This document shows positions 18,796 to 29,078 of a DNA stretch of 29,744 nt, piece by piece. This DNA comes from Promethearchaeota archaeon (GTDB lineage: Archaea; Asgardarchaeota; Lokiarchaeia; Sigyniarchaeales; SOKP01): assembly GCA_019058245.1 (NCBI GenBank), contig JAHPZJ010000011.1, forward strand, positions 1 through 29,744, in the 5' to 3' direction. Each line of letters begins with the position of its first letter. Position 1 is the first letter of the stretch. Made by a program: the position numbers and the translations under genes. Below the pieces are notes generated by a model. It saw nothing but the letters and a program-made list of their open reading frames with translations, had not been told where the DNA came from and ran no database searches.

Positions 18796-19323
18796 ATGAC
18801 GGGTTTTAAACTAAAAGTAATATTACGGGGGAACCAAAATATTAGGAGAAAAAGTTTAATTGAAAGAGTAATTGAAAGTAGGTTTGAAAAAAACTATAAA
18901 TTAACTGTAGGTGTTGATATTCTTACAAAAAATGTAGAATATATACATGGAGAAATTGTCACCTTAAGTATATGGGATATAGCTGACCAACATAGATTTG
19001 ATTTTTTTCGTCATCTATTCTATAAAGGAGCTTCTGGAGCAATAATAAATTTTGATTTATCCAAAAAGGGTATGTATAAAGAAGCAATTAAGTGGTTGAT
19101 TGATATTACAAAATACATTGGTTTTATTCCTTTTATGTTAATTGGAAATAATGTTCAATTAATAAAAAAAAAAGAAAAAGAAGATATTCGAGAAGAAGCT
19201 TTTGAATTTGCTAAAGATGAAGGGGGAATCTATATTGAAACATCTCCAAAGAGTGTTAACATTTTAAATGAGGCTCTTCGTGAATTAATTAGAAGAATTA
19301 TGCAAATACACATAAATAATTAA
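18796..19323 (+). CDS. Rab/Ras-like small GTPase homolog with degenerate G motifs
   Basis: YKLTVGVDIL, TLSIWDIADQHRF, FYKGASGAI and YIETSPK are recognisable. The P-loop reads GNQNIRRKS and G4 reads NNVQ. Confidence 0.85.
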   Translation: MTGFKLKVILRGNQNIRRKSLIERVIESRFEKNYKLTVGVDILTKNVEYIHGEIVTLSIWDIADQHRFDFFRHLFYKGASGAIINFDLSKKGMYKEAIKWLIDITKYIGFIPFMLIGNNVQLIKKKEKEDIREEAFEFAKDEGGIYIETSPKSVNILNEALRELIRRIMQIHINN

Positions 19324-19396
19324 AAAATAAATTTAGTGGATTTTAATAAAGAAATAGAACTAATCTTGAAAAGATAATTTATTTTCTGGTGCTTTT

Positions 19397-20176
19397 TTAG
19401 ATTTTGTCGTAAACATTATTTATCTCATTCTCTATTAATTCCTCAATGATTTCAGAGATTTGTTTCATATCAGTTATAATATATGGAAACTGGGGTTCAT
19501 ATTCTCCAGTTAAGCAGGCTTGAATCACATTAGCACCCACATTTTCAGCAATATTCAAGTAATATGGTTTATCATCAATAATAATTGCTTTTTCTGGAGC
19601 AATTCCAATATCTTTGAAAATAGCTCTATAGAAAGCATCATTAACTTTGAGAATATTAATTAGATCTGGACCATATAACCTCTTAAAGTATTGTTTAATG
19701 CCCATGCCTTCTAAATAGTACTCCAATTCGATCGACTCTGTCCCTGAAGCAGTACATAGATTGAATCCCTCTTTATATAAATTTTTAATACTCTTTATGA
19801 CTCCTGGAAATGCGGCTTTTACTTTGAGATCTACAAACTTAGAAGCGTTATAATAAATTTCCTTATAAAATTTTTTTTCAGGACGTTTAATTCCAACAAA
19901 ATCAAACAAGCCATTTATCCATTTTTCAATAAATAATTCTATGAAAGAATTATAAGATTTATCTCTATTTTCATATATCAATTTTGGAACTTCTTTACCC
20001 CTGAAATTCTCGACTATCCTATCATTCGCAATACCCCATTTTTTTGGGTTTCCACCAAATCTAGGGTAAAAAAATTCACCAACTAGCTGATGCCATTGTC
20101 TTCCTCGAATATGATTATCATTAAGGACGTTACCATCATCAAAAAATATAAAGAATTCAGAATTTTTTATTGACAT
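19397..20176 (-). CDS. HAD-superfamily hydrolase
   Basis: FFDDGNVL, AFPGV, TASG, Lys motif and IIIDDK. Confidence 0.8.
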   Translation of the reverse strand: MSIKNSEFFIFFDDGNVLNDNHIRGRQWHQLVGEFFYPRFGGNPKKWGIANDRIVENFRGKEVPKLIYENRDKSYNSFIELFIEKWINGLFDFVGIKRPEKKFYKEIYYNASKFVDLKVKAAFPGVIKSIKNLYKEGFNLCTASGTESIELEYYLEGMGIKQYFKRLYGPDLINILKVNDAFYRAIFKDIGIAPEKAIIIDDKPYYLNIAENVGANVIQACLTGEYEPQFPYIITDMKQISEIIEELIENEINNVYDKI

Positions 20177-20253
20177 ATAATAGATTTAAAAATCGTGATT
20201 TTAAGAAAAAGTTTATTGAGATTTACTTAGAAAAAGGTTTGGAATATCCATCG

Positions 20254-21768
20254 TTAATATTTGCAGTTTTTTACTAATTTTCCTCTTTCAGATAAATTCA
20301 TAACAATAACTTTCGGTCTGCTCATTGCTTCAATCGAATATTTTATTCCTTGAGTTCCTAAACCTGAAGATTTTGTTCCTAAAAATGGAAAATGATCTGG
20401 ACCTCTTTCACTTTTTCCATTTACTTGAACTGTCCCTACTTCCAATTCTTGTGCAATATTAAATGCTAAATCGATATTTTCTGTAAAAATCATACCTTGG
20501 AGGCCATATTCCGATTTATTTGATATTTCTATTGCTTCTTCGGCACTATGAACTCGTATGAATGGTAAAACAGGACCAAATGGTTCTTCCCAAGCTATTC
20601 TCATTTCTGTAGTTACGTTATCCAATAATGTTGGCCACATAATATTATCTTCCCTTTTATTTCCACATATTAAAGTACTTCCTTTCTCCAAGGCATCATC
20701 TATTAGTCCTTGAACATAATCACATTGATGTGAACTTATAAGGGGTCCGATATTTGCATTTTCTTCGGGATTCCCTACTTTCAAATTTAATATTTTATTT
20801 TTAGCTAATTCTATTAACTGATCAGCAATTCCTGGCATTGGAAGGACTCTTTTTACGGCTGTACATCTTTGCCCACTATAAGAAAAAGCCCCTGAAACAA
20901 TGGCATCGGCAGTCAACTCTAGATTAGCATCATCTAATACAATAGCCGCATCTTTTCCACCTAATTCCAGCAATAACGGTTTCATTCCAGCAACGTTTGC
21001 GAGATGCTTTCCCGTTTCTGAGGATCCAGTGAAACTTATCATATTAACTAGGGGATGTTGAACTAAATAATCCCCGATTTCAGATCCTCTTCCCGTTATT
21101 ATATTCATGACACCAGGTGGAAGTCCTGCTTTTTCTAGAATTAATCCGAAAAATAACGGAGTAATTGCTCCTTGAGAGGGAGGTTTTACAACAACTGTGT
21201 TTCCTGCCATTAATGCTGGTGCAATTTTAGATCCTGTAAGATTAAATGGATAATTAAATGGACCTATACAAAGTATCACTCCTAAAGGAACTCTATAGGT
21301 CATTGATATCTTATCTTTACCGAAACCCTTAAAAGTATCTCCATATATTGCCTCTCCTTCTTGCTGTAATCCTGCTTCAGCTGTAGCTTCAAATAATTCA
21401 GATGTTCGGATTATCTCTGATTTAGCACTTTTTAGAGGTTTACCTATTTCTTTCATTAGAATATAACCTAAGGGATCAGCCCATTCTTTCATCAATTTAG
21501 CTGCATTTCTTAAAATATCTGCTCGTTCTCTCTGAGTTTTTTCGATCCAACATTCTAAATTTTCTTTTGCTATTGTTATAACTTGATCAGCTTCTTCAGT
21601 AGAACAAGCTGATACCGTTCCTATTAATTCTTGGTTATATGGGTTTTTTATCTCAATTGTTTTTCCTGAAGATGAATTTTTCCAAGTTCCTGCTAAAAAA
21701 AATCTAAAATCTAAATTATCTCTCATTATAGAAGAATCAGATATTTTTTCTAGTTCGTCTATCATCAT
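20254..21768 (-). CDS. gapN: NADP-dependent non-phosphorylating glyceraldehyde-3-phosphate dehydrogenase
   Basis: ALDH motifs PFNYPFNL, FTGS, LELGGKD, SGQRCTA and EEPFGP, plus the GapN-type tail RGPDHFPFLGTKSSGLGTQGIKYSIEAM. Confidence 0.88.
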   Translation of the reverse strand: MMIDELEKISDSSIMRDNLDFRFFLAGTWKNSSSGKTIEIKNPYNQELIGTVSACSTEEADQVITIAKENLECWIEKTQRERADILRNAAKLMKEWADPLGYILMKEIGKPLKSAKSEIIRTSELFEATAEAGLQQEGEAIYGDTFKGFGKDKISMTYRVPLGVILCIGPFNYPFNLTGSKIAPALMAGNTVVVKPPSQGAITPLFFGLILEKAGLPPGVMNIITGRGSEIGDYLVQHPLVNMISFTGSSETGKHLANVAGMKPLLLELGGKDAAIVLDDANLELTADAIVSGAFSYSGQRCTAVKRVLPMPGIADQLIELAKNKILNLKVGNPEENANIGPLISSHQCDYVQGLIDDALEKGSTLICGNKREDNIMWPTLLDNVTTEMRIAWEEPFGPVLPFIRVHSAEEAIEISNKSEYGLQGMIFTENIDLAFNIAQELEVGTVQVNGKSERGPDHFPFLGTKSSGLGTQGIKYSIEAMSRPKVIVMNLSERGKLVKNCKY

Positions 21769-21942
21769 TTTTTTTTACTCCTTTTCTTTATAGAAAGAGG
21801 TTCATTGGAATTTATTTATATTTTCATTATTAAATATAATTTTATAATTCAATGAACTGATTTTACATAATAAAACTAAAGAAACATAAAAAAACAGGAA
21901 ATATAAAATAGAAATGCTAAAATAAGATTATGATCATTTCTT

Positions 21943-22095
21943 TTAAGGAATAACCTTAGAAGCAGATTTAAGTCTTTTTAATCTTATGTGATATTCTGGG
22001 CATACTTTAAATTTTGGAAAATTGCATGAATTCAATTTAACTGGTAGAGTACAAGTGTGAGAAAAAGGACACTCAAGTATATTAATATCTGTCAT
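21943..22095 (-). CDS. Small Cys-rich protein (50 aa, four Cys; possible zinc finger)
   Basis: Not in the ORF track. MTDINILECPFSHTCTLPVKLNSCNFPKFKVCPEYHIRLKRLKSASKVIP, with GAGG upstream. The region is less AT-rich than its flanks. Confidence 0.65.
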   Translation of the reverse strand: MTDINILECPFSHTCTLPVKLNSCNFPKFKVCPEYHIRLKRLKSASKVIP

Positions 22096-22333
22096 TAGAT
22101 TCTAGTTCCTCAACCAAATATTTTTTAATTATGTAAGAAAAAATTTCTCTTCGTTTATACTTTTGGTCTATTTTTTATTAATTCAATAATATTTAAAAAA
22201 AAAAAAAATGTAACTCGTACAAATTATAAAAAAAACATGATAAATAAATTCGATTTTAAAATTAATATCTCTATGAGAATGATTTCTTGAAATAAAAGTG
22301 AATATTTAAATTAGATTTGCTCTTTTTAATGAA

Positions 22334-23599
22334 TTGTCAATGGTGCGAGAAAGAATATTGCTAAGGCTTTTTGGCAAAAAACTCCTAAGTTTTAAAAAGT
22401 TAGATACAGGAGAAGTTATTGGAACAGGCTTATTAAATCCAATTTTCGACAAGTTACGCTTCCTAATAATGATAGTCTTCCAAGCTAATTTCTATAGACA
22501 ATATAAGAATTTAGGGAGATGGAGAGGTAAGAGAGTTGCAAACACTTTTGCACCTCCCGTTGGAAGTAGTCCAATGTTAAGAGTACTAAAAGCCAGTATT
22601 ATGAGTAGAATTTTTCGCCATACATTCCCTGTTGCTATGACGTTCGCAGTTACTTATAAATGTCAATGTACATGTAAACATTGTAGTGCAGGGAGACACT
22701 TGAAAGATGATTTGCGGGAGCTTTCAACAAAAGAAGCGAAAGCATTGATAGATCAAAGTCAAAATCTAGGTGTTTCACTCATAGCATTCACAGGAGGAGA
22801 ACCTTTATTGCGTGATGATATCTATGATTTAATTTCTTACGTGGATAAAAAAAAAGCATTACCTATACTCTTTACTAATGGTCTTTTACTTACTGAAGAA
22901 AATATTAATAAATTAATAAATGCGGGATTATATTCACTTTTTGTAAGTATAGATAGTCCTATTCGAGAAGAACATGATAAATTAAGAGGTTTTATTGGTT
23001 TATTTGATTCTGCCATTCAAGGAATAAGAAGAATGCGATCTAAAGGAGGTTTTGTTGGAATATCATCGTATGCTACTCGTTCAGCAACTCAAAATGGAAT
23101 GTATAAAAAGTTATATTTATTAGCAAGAAAACTTGGTGTACAAAATTTGATTTATTTTGATGGTGTACCAACAGGAAATATGTTAAAAGATACGAGTGAG
23201 ATACTTACTTCAGAACAGCACGAAGAAATTCGGAAGTTTTCTTCTAGTGTTTTTGGACAGCGCAAAGTACCACAATTTAACTCTCAATCATGGCAGAATT
23301 CTATAGAAGGATATCTTGGAGGGATAGGTTGTTTAGCTGTGAATCTCCAATATTACGTATCTGCATATGGGGAAGTATCTCCTTGCGATTTTACACCTTT
23401 ATCATTTGGGAATGTAAGAAACAAATCTCTAAAGGAGATCTGGAACAAAATGATACACCATCCTGCCTATAAACATAGAGATACTTCTTGTAGGATGCAA
23501 AATCCAAAATTTAGAAGATTTTATATTGATCCAATACCAGATGATTCCAGACTACCATATGATATTGAAAAGCTTCCTTATAAAGATTATAGAGTCTAA
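22334..23599 (+). CDS. Radical SAM protein with SPASM/Twitch domain
   Basis: CQCTCKHC (CxxxCxxC), FTGGEPLLR and GCLA...GEVSPCDF...FGNV...SLKEIW...C. Confidence 0.9.
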   Translation: MSMVRERILLRLFGKKLLSFKKLDTGEVIGTGLLNPIFDKLRFLIMIVFQANFYRQYKNLGRWRGKRVANTFAPPVGSSPMLRVLKASIMSRIFRHTFPVAMTFAVTYKCQCTCKHCSAGRHLKDDLRELSTKEAKALIDQSQNLGVSLIAFTGGEPLLRDDIYDLISYVDKKKALPILFTNGLLLTEENINKLINAGLYSLFVSIDSPIREEHDKLRGFIGLFDSAIQGIRRMRSKGGFVGISSYATRSATQNGMYKKLYLLARKLGVQNLIYFDGVPTGNMLKDTSEILTSEQHEEIRKFSSSVFGQRKVPQFNSQSWQNSIEGYLGGIGCLAVNLQYYVSAYGEVSPCDFTPLSFGNVRNKSLKEIWNKMIHHPAYKHRDTSCRMQNPKFRRFYIDPIPDDSRLPYDIEKLPYKDYRV

Positions 23600-23786
23600 A
23601 TTGTATAATTCCTTTATTTAAAATTAAGCTCAAATCTATAGATTTTTAACTCTATTTTTTTTTTTAATTTATCTATAAAAAAGTTAAATATGATAACAAA
23701 TTCTTAAGCAGAAATGAAAACAAATATGTAAAAGATTAATTAAATTGAAAATATAACAAAAATAACTTTAGAAAGGACTAATTATT

Positions 23787-25214
23787 ATGCAATTAGAGAA
23801 ATTATTTAAACCAAAATCAATGGCGGTAGTAGGGGTTAGTAAAAAAAATCCATTAAGCCCTGGGAGAATAATTTTCGTAAAGAATGTTTTTGAAATGCAA
23901 GTAAATACATATGGAATTCATCCAGAGGGCGGAAACGTTGAAGGTGCACACTTACATACTCGATTAGATAAATTACCTGAAATACCTGATCTATTGGTAA
24001 TTGCAATTTCTGCAGATCAGACATTAGATTATGTTCAATCTTGTGCAGACTTAAATATTCCTGCATGTATAATTATTGGAGGGGGATTCGCTGAAATAGG
24101 AAATGAAGGAATTGTCAGACAAAAAAAATTAGAGAGAATTGCATTTGATAATGATATTGCTGTATTGGGACCTAACTGTATAGGGGTTTATTCCCCACCC
24201 CTACTTGATACCATCTTTATGCCTACAGAGAGGTTAACGCGCCCACCTAAAGGCACAGTGGCATTAATTAGTCAATCAGGAGGTGTTTTAGTAGATCAAT
24301 TCTTCCACAAATTTAATGAAATAAAAATAGGGGTATCTACTGCTGTTTCGATTGGAAATCGCGCAGTAGTAGATGAAACTATGTTATTAGAATACTTTAG
24401 TAAATATGATAAAGAAACTTGTAATATTGCTTTTTATTTGGAAGGATTCAAATCAAACAAAAGTCAAAAATTTCTTGAATTGGCAAGGGAATCAGAAGAT
24501 ACTGTAGTTACATATTTCGGAGGTTTATCTGAGCAAGGAAGGAAAGCTACTAAATCCCATACCGCAAGTTTATCAGGAAGTGATAAAATTATTTCAGCAG
24601 TATTAAAACAAAATCTAATAGTTCAACCTAGAACAGAACTTGAGTTGCTTACATATTTGAAATTATTTGATATCTTATCTCATAAAAGAAAGTTATTTGA
24701 TTCAAATACAATAATATATGGGAAAATTGCCATTTTATCAATTTCTGGAGGTCATGGTGTATTATGTGCAGATCTACTCAAGAATTATGGCTTAATTGGT
24801 GTTGAATTTAATGAAAAAGAAAAAAAAGAAATGAAGGAATTAGTAAACCCTGTCGCTCGAAATATTGCTTCATTTGATAATCCAATAGATCTTACTGGTT
24901 CTGCTAAAGATGAAGATATTGAAAACTTAATTCAATATCTTTCCAAAATTGAACGGATTGAATGTATTATAGTACTTATTTTACCTTATACGCCTTCAAT
25001 TTCTTTTCAGATTGGGAGGAGAATAGCGAATACAGTGTCAATAGAAAAAAAACCATTAATTTGTTTTATACCATATGTTCAGAAATATGGAATGATTATA
25101 GAAGCTTTAGAACTTTCAAATATCCCTGTGTTTCATAGCATTGAAGAAGCAGTGCAAGCCGCTTCAGCTCTTAGAATTTTAACACGGATAAATAATTTTA
25201 AGCAAAAAAATTAA
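23787..25214 (+). CDS. acdA: Acyl/acetate-CoA ligase (ADP-forming) alpha subunit
   Basis: LFKPKSMAVVG, GGFAE, LGPNCIG, ISQSGG, phospho-His SHTASL and NPIDLTG. Confidence 0.85.
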   Translation: MQLEKLFKPKSMAVVGVSKKNPLSPGRIIFVKNVFEMQVNTYGIHPEGGNVEGAHLHTRLDKLPEIPDLLVIAISADQTLDYVQSCADLNIPACIIIGGGFAEIGNEGIVRQKKLERIAFDNDIAVLGPNCIGVYSPPLLDTIFMPTERLTRPPKGTVALISQSGGVLVDQFFHKFNEIKIGVSTAVSIGNRAVVDETMLLEYFSKYDKETCNIAFYLEGFKSNKSQKFLELARESEDTVVTYFGGLSEQGRKATKSHTASLSGSDKIISAVLKQNLIVQPRTELELLTYLKLFDILSHKRKLFDSNTIIYGKIAILSISGGHGVLCADLLKNYGLIGVEFNEKEKKEMKELVNPVARNIASFDNPIDLTGSAKDEDIENLIQYLSKIERIECIIVLILPYTPSISFQIGRRIANTVSIEKKPLICFIPYVQKYGMIIEALELSNIPVFHSIEEAVQAASALRILTRINNFKQKN

Positions 25215-25261
25215 AAATTAGAGGTAATATTTTACTTTTTAAGAATTCATAATATCAAAGG

Positions 25262-26632
25262 TTATTTTATATAATCATTAAATTCGGGTATCAAACCTTT
25301 TTTCATGAGTAATCTCGACATTGAATGAGATTCTTCAATTACTTTCTTAGCATTAGAATATAACTCTTCTTCAGTAAGTTTAAGACGAGCCAATCCTTGT
25401 TCAATTGCTTTCAACCCTGTAGCAACAGCTTCTCTAATAAAAAGTTCTTCATATTCCATATTCGGAAGGATACATGATTCTATTAAACATCCTTTAATCT
25501 CCTCAACTAAATTTGCTAGAGCATACGCGGCAGCAATACACATCTCATCTGTAATAGTTTTTGCATGTACATCTAAAGTTCCTCTAAAAACTCCCGGAAA
25601 ACATAGAGAATTATTTACTTGATTTGGAAAATCTGATCTTCCTGTTCCTATAATTCTCGCACCAGCATCTTTTGCATCCCAAGGAAATATTTCAGGAATT
25701 GGGTTAGCTAATACAAAAACTATAGCATCATCTGCCATTTTTGAAATCCATTCTTTCTTAATGATATCTGGCCCTGGAATGCTAGAAGATATAAGAATAT
25801 CGGCACCTTCCATCGCTACTCCACAGTCACCTTGAAGATGCTCAGGATTACTAGCATTAAGCAATTCATACTTATAATCTTCAGGATCGTTTAAATCTGA
25901 CCTACCTTGATATAAAATTCCTCTTGAATCAACAAAAATAAATTTTTTTATATCAAATGTATCTGCTTTTAATAATCGATAAATACCGAAATTTGCAGCA
26001 CCAATTCCATTAAAAACTATTTTTACTTCACTTTTTTTCTTTCCTACTATTTTTAATGAATTTATTAATCCTGCTAGAGTAACACATGCCGTTCCTTGTT
26101 GATCGTCATGCCATACAGGTATTTCAACTTCTGGGTCAGCACGTAATCCATCTAAAACAGTAAAACATTTAGGTTTCTCAATATCTTCTAAATTAATGCC
26201 TCCAAATGAAGGTTGTATCATTTTTGCAAATTCTATTATATGATCTGCGTCACAACATGCTTTTTTACCTATACATAAGGGAAATGCATCAATTCCACCT
26301 AAATATTTGAATAATAGAGATTTTCCTTCCATTACTGGTAGTGCTGCTTCAGGTCCAATAGCTCCAAGGCCTAAGACTCTTGTTCCATCACTTACAACTG
26401 CAATAGAGTTCGATTTATTCGTATATTCGTATACTTTTTGTTTATCCTTGAAAATTTCAGTAGATGGAACAGATACTCCAGGAGAGTACCATATTGCAAA
26501 GTCTTTATAATCTCGAATTTGACACCGAGGAAGTATCTGAATTTTACCTTTATAGAATTTATGCATTTTAATAGCATTAATTCCAGGAATCTTTGATTTT
26601 CTTAAAAGCTCTTCTTTAGATATTTTTTTCAT
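25262..26632 (-). CDS. NAD(P)-dependent malic enzyme
   Basis: YSPGV, DGTRVLGLG, VMEGK, INLEDI, HDDQQGT, GIGAA, ANPIPE and GRSDFPNQVNN. Confidence 0.93.
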   Translation of the reverse strand: MKKISKEELLRKSKIPGINAIKMHKFYKGKIQILPRCQIRDYKDFAIWYSPGVSVPSTEIFKDKQKVYEYTNKSNSIAVVSDGTRVLGLGAIGPEAALPVMEGKSLLFKYLGGIDAFPLCIGKKACCDADHIIEFAKMIQPSFGGINLEDIEKPKCFTVLDGLRADPEVEIPVWHDDQQGTACVTLAGLINSLKIVGKKKSEVKIVFNGIGAANFGIYRLLKADTFDIKKFIFVDSRGILYQGRSDLNDPEDYKYELLNASNPEHLQGDCGVAMEGADILISSSIPGPDIIKKEWISKMADDAIVFVLANPIPEIFPWDAKDAGARIIGTGRSDFPNQVNNSLCFPGVFRGTLDVHAKTITDEMCIAAAYALANLVEEIKGCLIESCILPNMEYEELFIREAVATGLKAIEQGLARLKLTEEELYSNAKKVIEESHSMSRLLMKKGLIPEFNDYIK

Positions 26633-26734
26633 AAGAACAAAAAATACGTATGAATTATAATAAATTTGATTATATTATATTAATTTATTCATTATATCAT
26701 TTATTTAGGATAAAAGACTTTAGTGTCAAACAAA

Positions 26735-27574
26735 TCATTCATGTGGTAAGAGCCCCACTAATAATATAATAAGCAATATACCACCTATAAAAATTAATGC
26801 CTGAAGAATAGATTTTTTTAGATGTTTCTCCTTTATAAGTTCAGGCATGAGTTCAACGGCAGCAATATATAAAAAACCACCACCAGAAAAGGCTAAAAAT
26901 AATAAGTTAAATATGTCTACCGTCATTGATAAAAATAATGCTAAAACACCCCCTAGTAGAGCTACCATTGCGCTTAAAAAGTTATAAAAGAGAGCCTTTT
27001 TCTTTGTGAAACCTCCATATAAAAGAATTCCGAAATCACCAATTTCCTGCGGTAATTCATGGAATGCGACAGCAAGAGTGATAATTATCCCGTTACTAAA
27101 TCCACTTAAAAATCCAACCATCATAACAATACCATCTAAAAAATTATGCAATCCATCACCAATTAGATTAAGAATTGCGAAATTTTCTATGACAGTTCCC
27201 TTTTTTATAATTTTGTGATTACTCTCTATTCGAGAATCATAACAAACTAATTCATTTTCTTTTTCATGAGCATGCCCATGAAACCAATAGATGAAACGTT
27301 CTAGTATAAAAAATATTACAAAACCTATTATAATAAAAATAAAGAGAAGGTTTTCATTTATGCTTGCCCCTCCTGTATTTAACTCTTCAAAATGGTGAAG
27401 CGCTTCTGGAATTAAATCAAAAAAAGCTGTAGCAAGAATCGTTCCAGTAGCAAAAGCTACAAGTATAAATAAGACTTTATCTAAAGTTTTTTCTTTTATT
27501 GAAATCATGAATACTCCAACTAAACTGATACACCCTATAATGAAAATCATTAGAAAGCCAAACATTGGATTCAT
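26735..27574 (-). CDS. ZIP-family divalent metal (zinc) transporter
   Basis: DLIPEA, His-rich loop HGHAH, GDGLHNFLDG, HELPQEIGDFG and about 8 TMs. Confidence 0.92.
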   Translation of the reverse strand: MNPMFGFLMIFIIGCISLVGVFMISIKEKTLDKVLFILVAFATGTILATAFFDLIPEALHHFEELNTGGASINENLLFIFIIIGFVIFFILERFIYWFHGHAHEKENELVCYDSRIESNHKIIKKGTVIENFAILNLIGDGLHNFLDGIVMMVGFLSGFSNGIIITLAVAFHELPQEIGDFGILLYGGFTKKKALFYNFLSAMVALLGGVLALFLSMTVDIFNLLFLAFSGGGFLYIAAVELMPELIKEKHLKKSILQALIFIGGILLIILLVGLLPHE

Positions 27575-27707
27575 CTGTATTCAATCACCTTTTCTTACTT
27601 ACTTTAATTGAGATTTAATTTGATATTTAATTTCGAATATATTTTTGGAAAAATAAAAAGGATGGCACTATTAATTATTAACGAGTGAAAATAATAGCTT
27701 TTTGATT

Positions 27708-28877
27708 CTATATTAATTTATATATATTTCCATCAAAAGCGCAAATGAGCAGTTCATTATTAGAATCTATTCCAAAAGAAGATATTTTCAAATTAGTATC
27801 TACTAGTAATGTGTTATTAAGAACTAGATCCCCCGCATATTCCAACGCCCAAATTCGACCAGAAACATAATCACCATACACATACTTTCCAATTAGATCA
27901 GTCAGAATCGAACCTCTATAAACATATCCACCAGTGATTGAATCCCCAACACTATGGCTATATTCAAATATCGGATCTTGAATAATAGTTACATTTGTAC
28001 CTGGTTTATAGTCATGAGATCCTTCTCTTGTATTCCATCCATAATTCTTGCCATTTTCAACAATATCAATCTCTTCCCAAGCTCCTTGCCCTACATCTGC
28101 AACCCAAAAAAAACCCGTAATTGGATCAAAACTAAAACGCCACGGATTTCGAAAACCAAAAGCATAAATCTCTTCAGCCCAATCATTTAAATTGCCATAA
28201 AATGGATTACTAATTGGAATACTATAAGGATCCCCAGTATCAATATCAATTCTAAGTATCGATCCTAATAAAGTTTGGCGATTTTGTCCATTTCCCAAGG
28301 GATCACCACCAGAACCTCCATCTCCTAAAGCGATATATAAAAAATTGTCTGGACCAAAACAAATTTGCCCTCCATTATGATTGGAATAGGGTTGTGTGAT
28401 TTTTAATAAAATTTTTTCACTAGTTTTATTTGCTATATTCGGATTTGTGGAATTAACTCTGAACCGTGAGAGAACTGAATCTCCTGTCCCTATTTCTGAA
28501 TAATATACAAAAAAATAACCATTCACAGCATAATTGGGATGAAGAGCAAAACCTAGTAATCCTCTCTCTCCTTCGAAAGAGATTTTATCCCCTATATCAA
28601 GAAAGATTTTATAATCAATTATACTTTCATTGTTTTCAATCCGTAGAATCCTACCGCCCTGTTCAACAATGAATAAGTTATTAGTCCCATCTTCTGAATT
28701 ATAAATTCCTAAAGGTCTAGAAAATGAAATATTTGGAAACGCATTTTGAATATCATATTCATAATTAACTGGAGTGGTTTCTTGACGATTCAAAAGGGAA
28801 AAAGCTCCAATGCCAATTCCAAATCCAATAATTATTCCAAAAATAATAATAAAGGCTAGAATCCTTTTTTTTTCCAA
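27708..28877 (-). CDS. Membrane-anchored PQQ-dependent sugar dehydrogenase-family (GSDH/YliI-like) beta-propeller
   Basis: ERGLLGFALHP, NHNGG, LGDGG, GFRNPWRFSFD, DVGQ and NYGW; N-terminal TM anchor. Confidence 0.9.
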   Translation of the reverse strand: MEKKRILAFIIIFGIIIGFGIGIGAFSLLNRQETTPVNYEYDIQNAFPNISFSRPLGIYNSEDGTNNLFIVEQGGRILRIENNESIIDYKIFLDIGDKISFEGERGLLGFALHPNYAVNGYFFVYYSEIGTGDSVLSRFRVNSTNPNIANKTSEKILLKITQPYSNHNGGQICFGPDNFLYIALGDGGSGGDPLGNGQNRQTLLGSILRIDIDTGDPYSIPISNPFYGNLNDWAEEIYAFGFRNPWRFSFDPITGFFWVADVGQGAWEEIDIVENGKNYGWNTREGSHDYKPGTNVTIIQDPIFEYSHSVGDSITGGYVYRGSILTDLIGKYVYGDYVSGRIWALEYAGDLVLNNTLLVDTNLKISSFGIDSNNELLICAFDGNIYKLI

Positions 28878-29078
28878 CAGAAAAACCTTTAAGATGACTA
28901 TAGTATTGATTCTAGTTAGAAAAGTTAATAGAAATATATATTGATTTTAAATCAGAAGTTTTCCTTTTAGAATAATTAATATTCAAAAGGTAGATTTAAT
29001 TTTTTGCTTAGATTCATAAATCTAAACTTTTAAATTATTAAATCAAAACTTTTAAGCATTTCTTAATCTATTTTCAAT

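Noticed and set aside
242-28672. Short antisense or overlapping ORFs in the track (e.g. 242-505, 2074-2259, 2880-3086, 3464-3658, 5717-5944, 9682-10699, 12017-16234, 23290-24066, 26307-28672)
   Set aside because: They are shadows of well-supported genes and carry no recognisable motifs.
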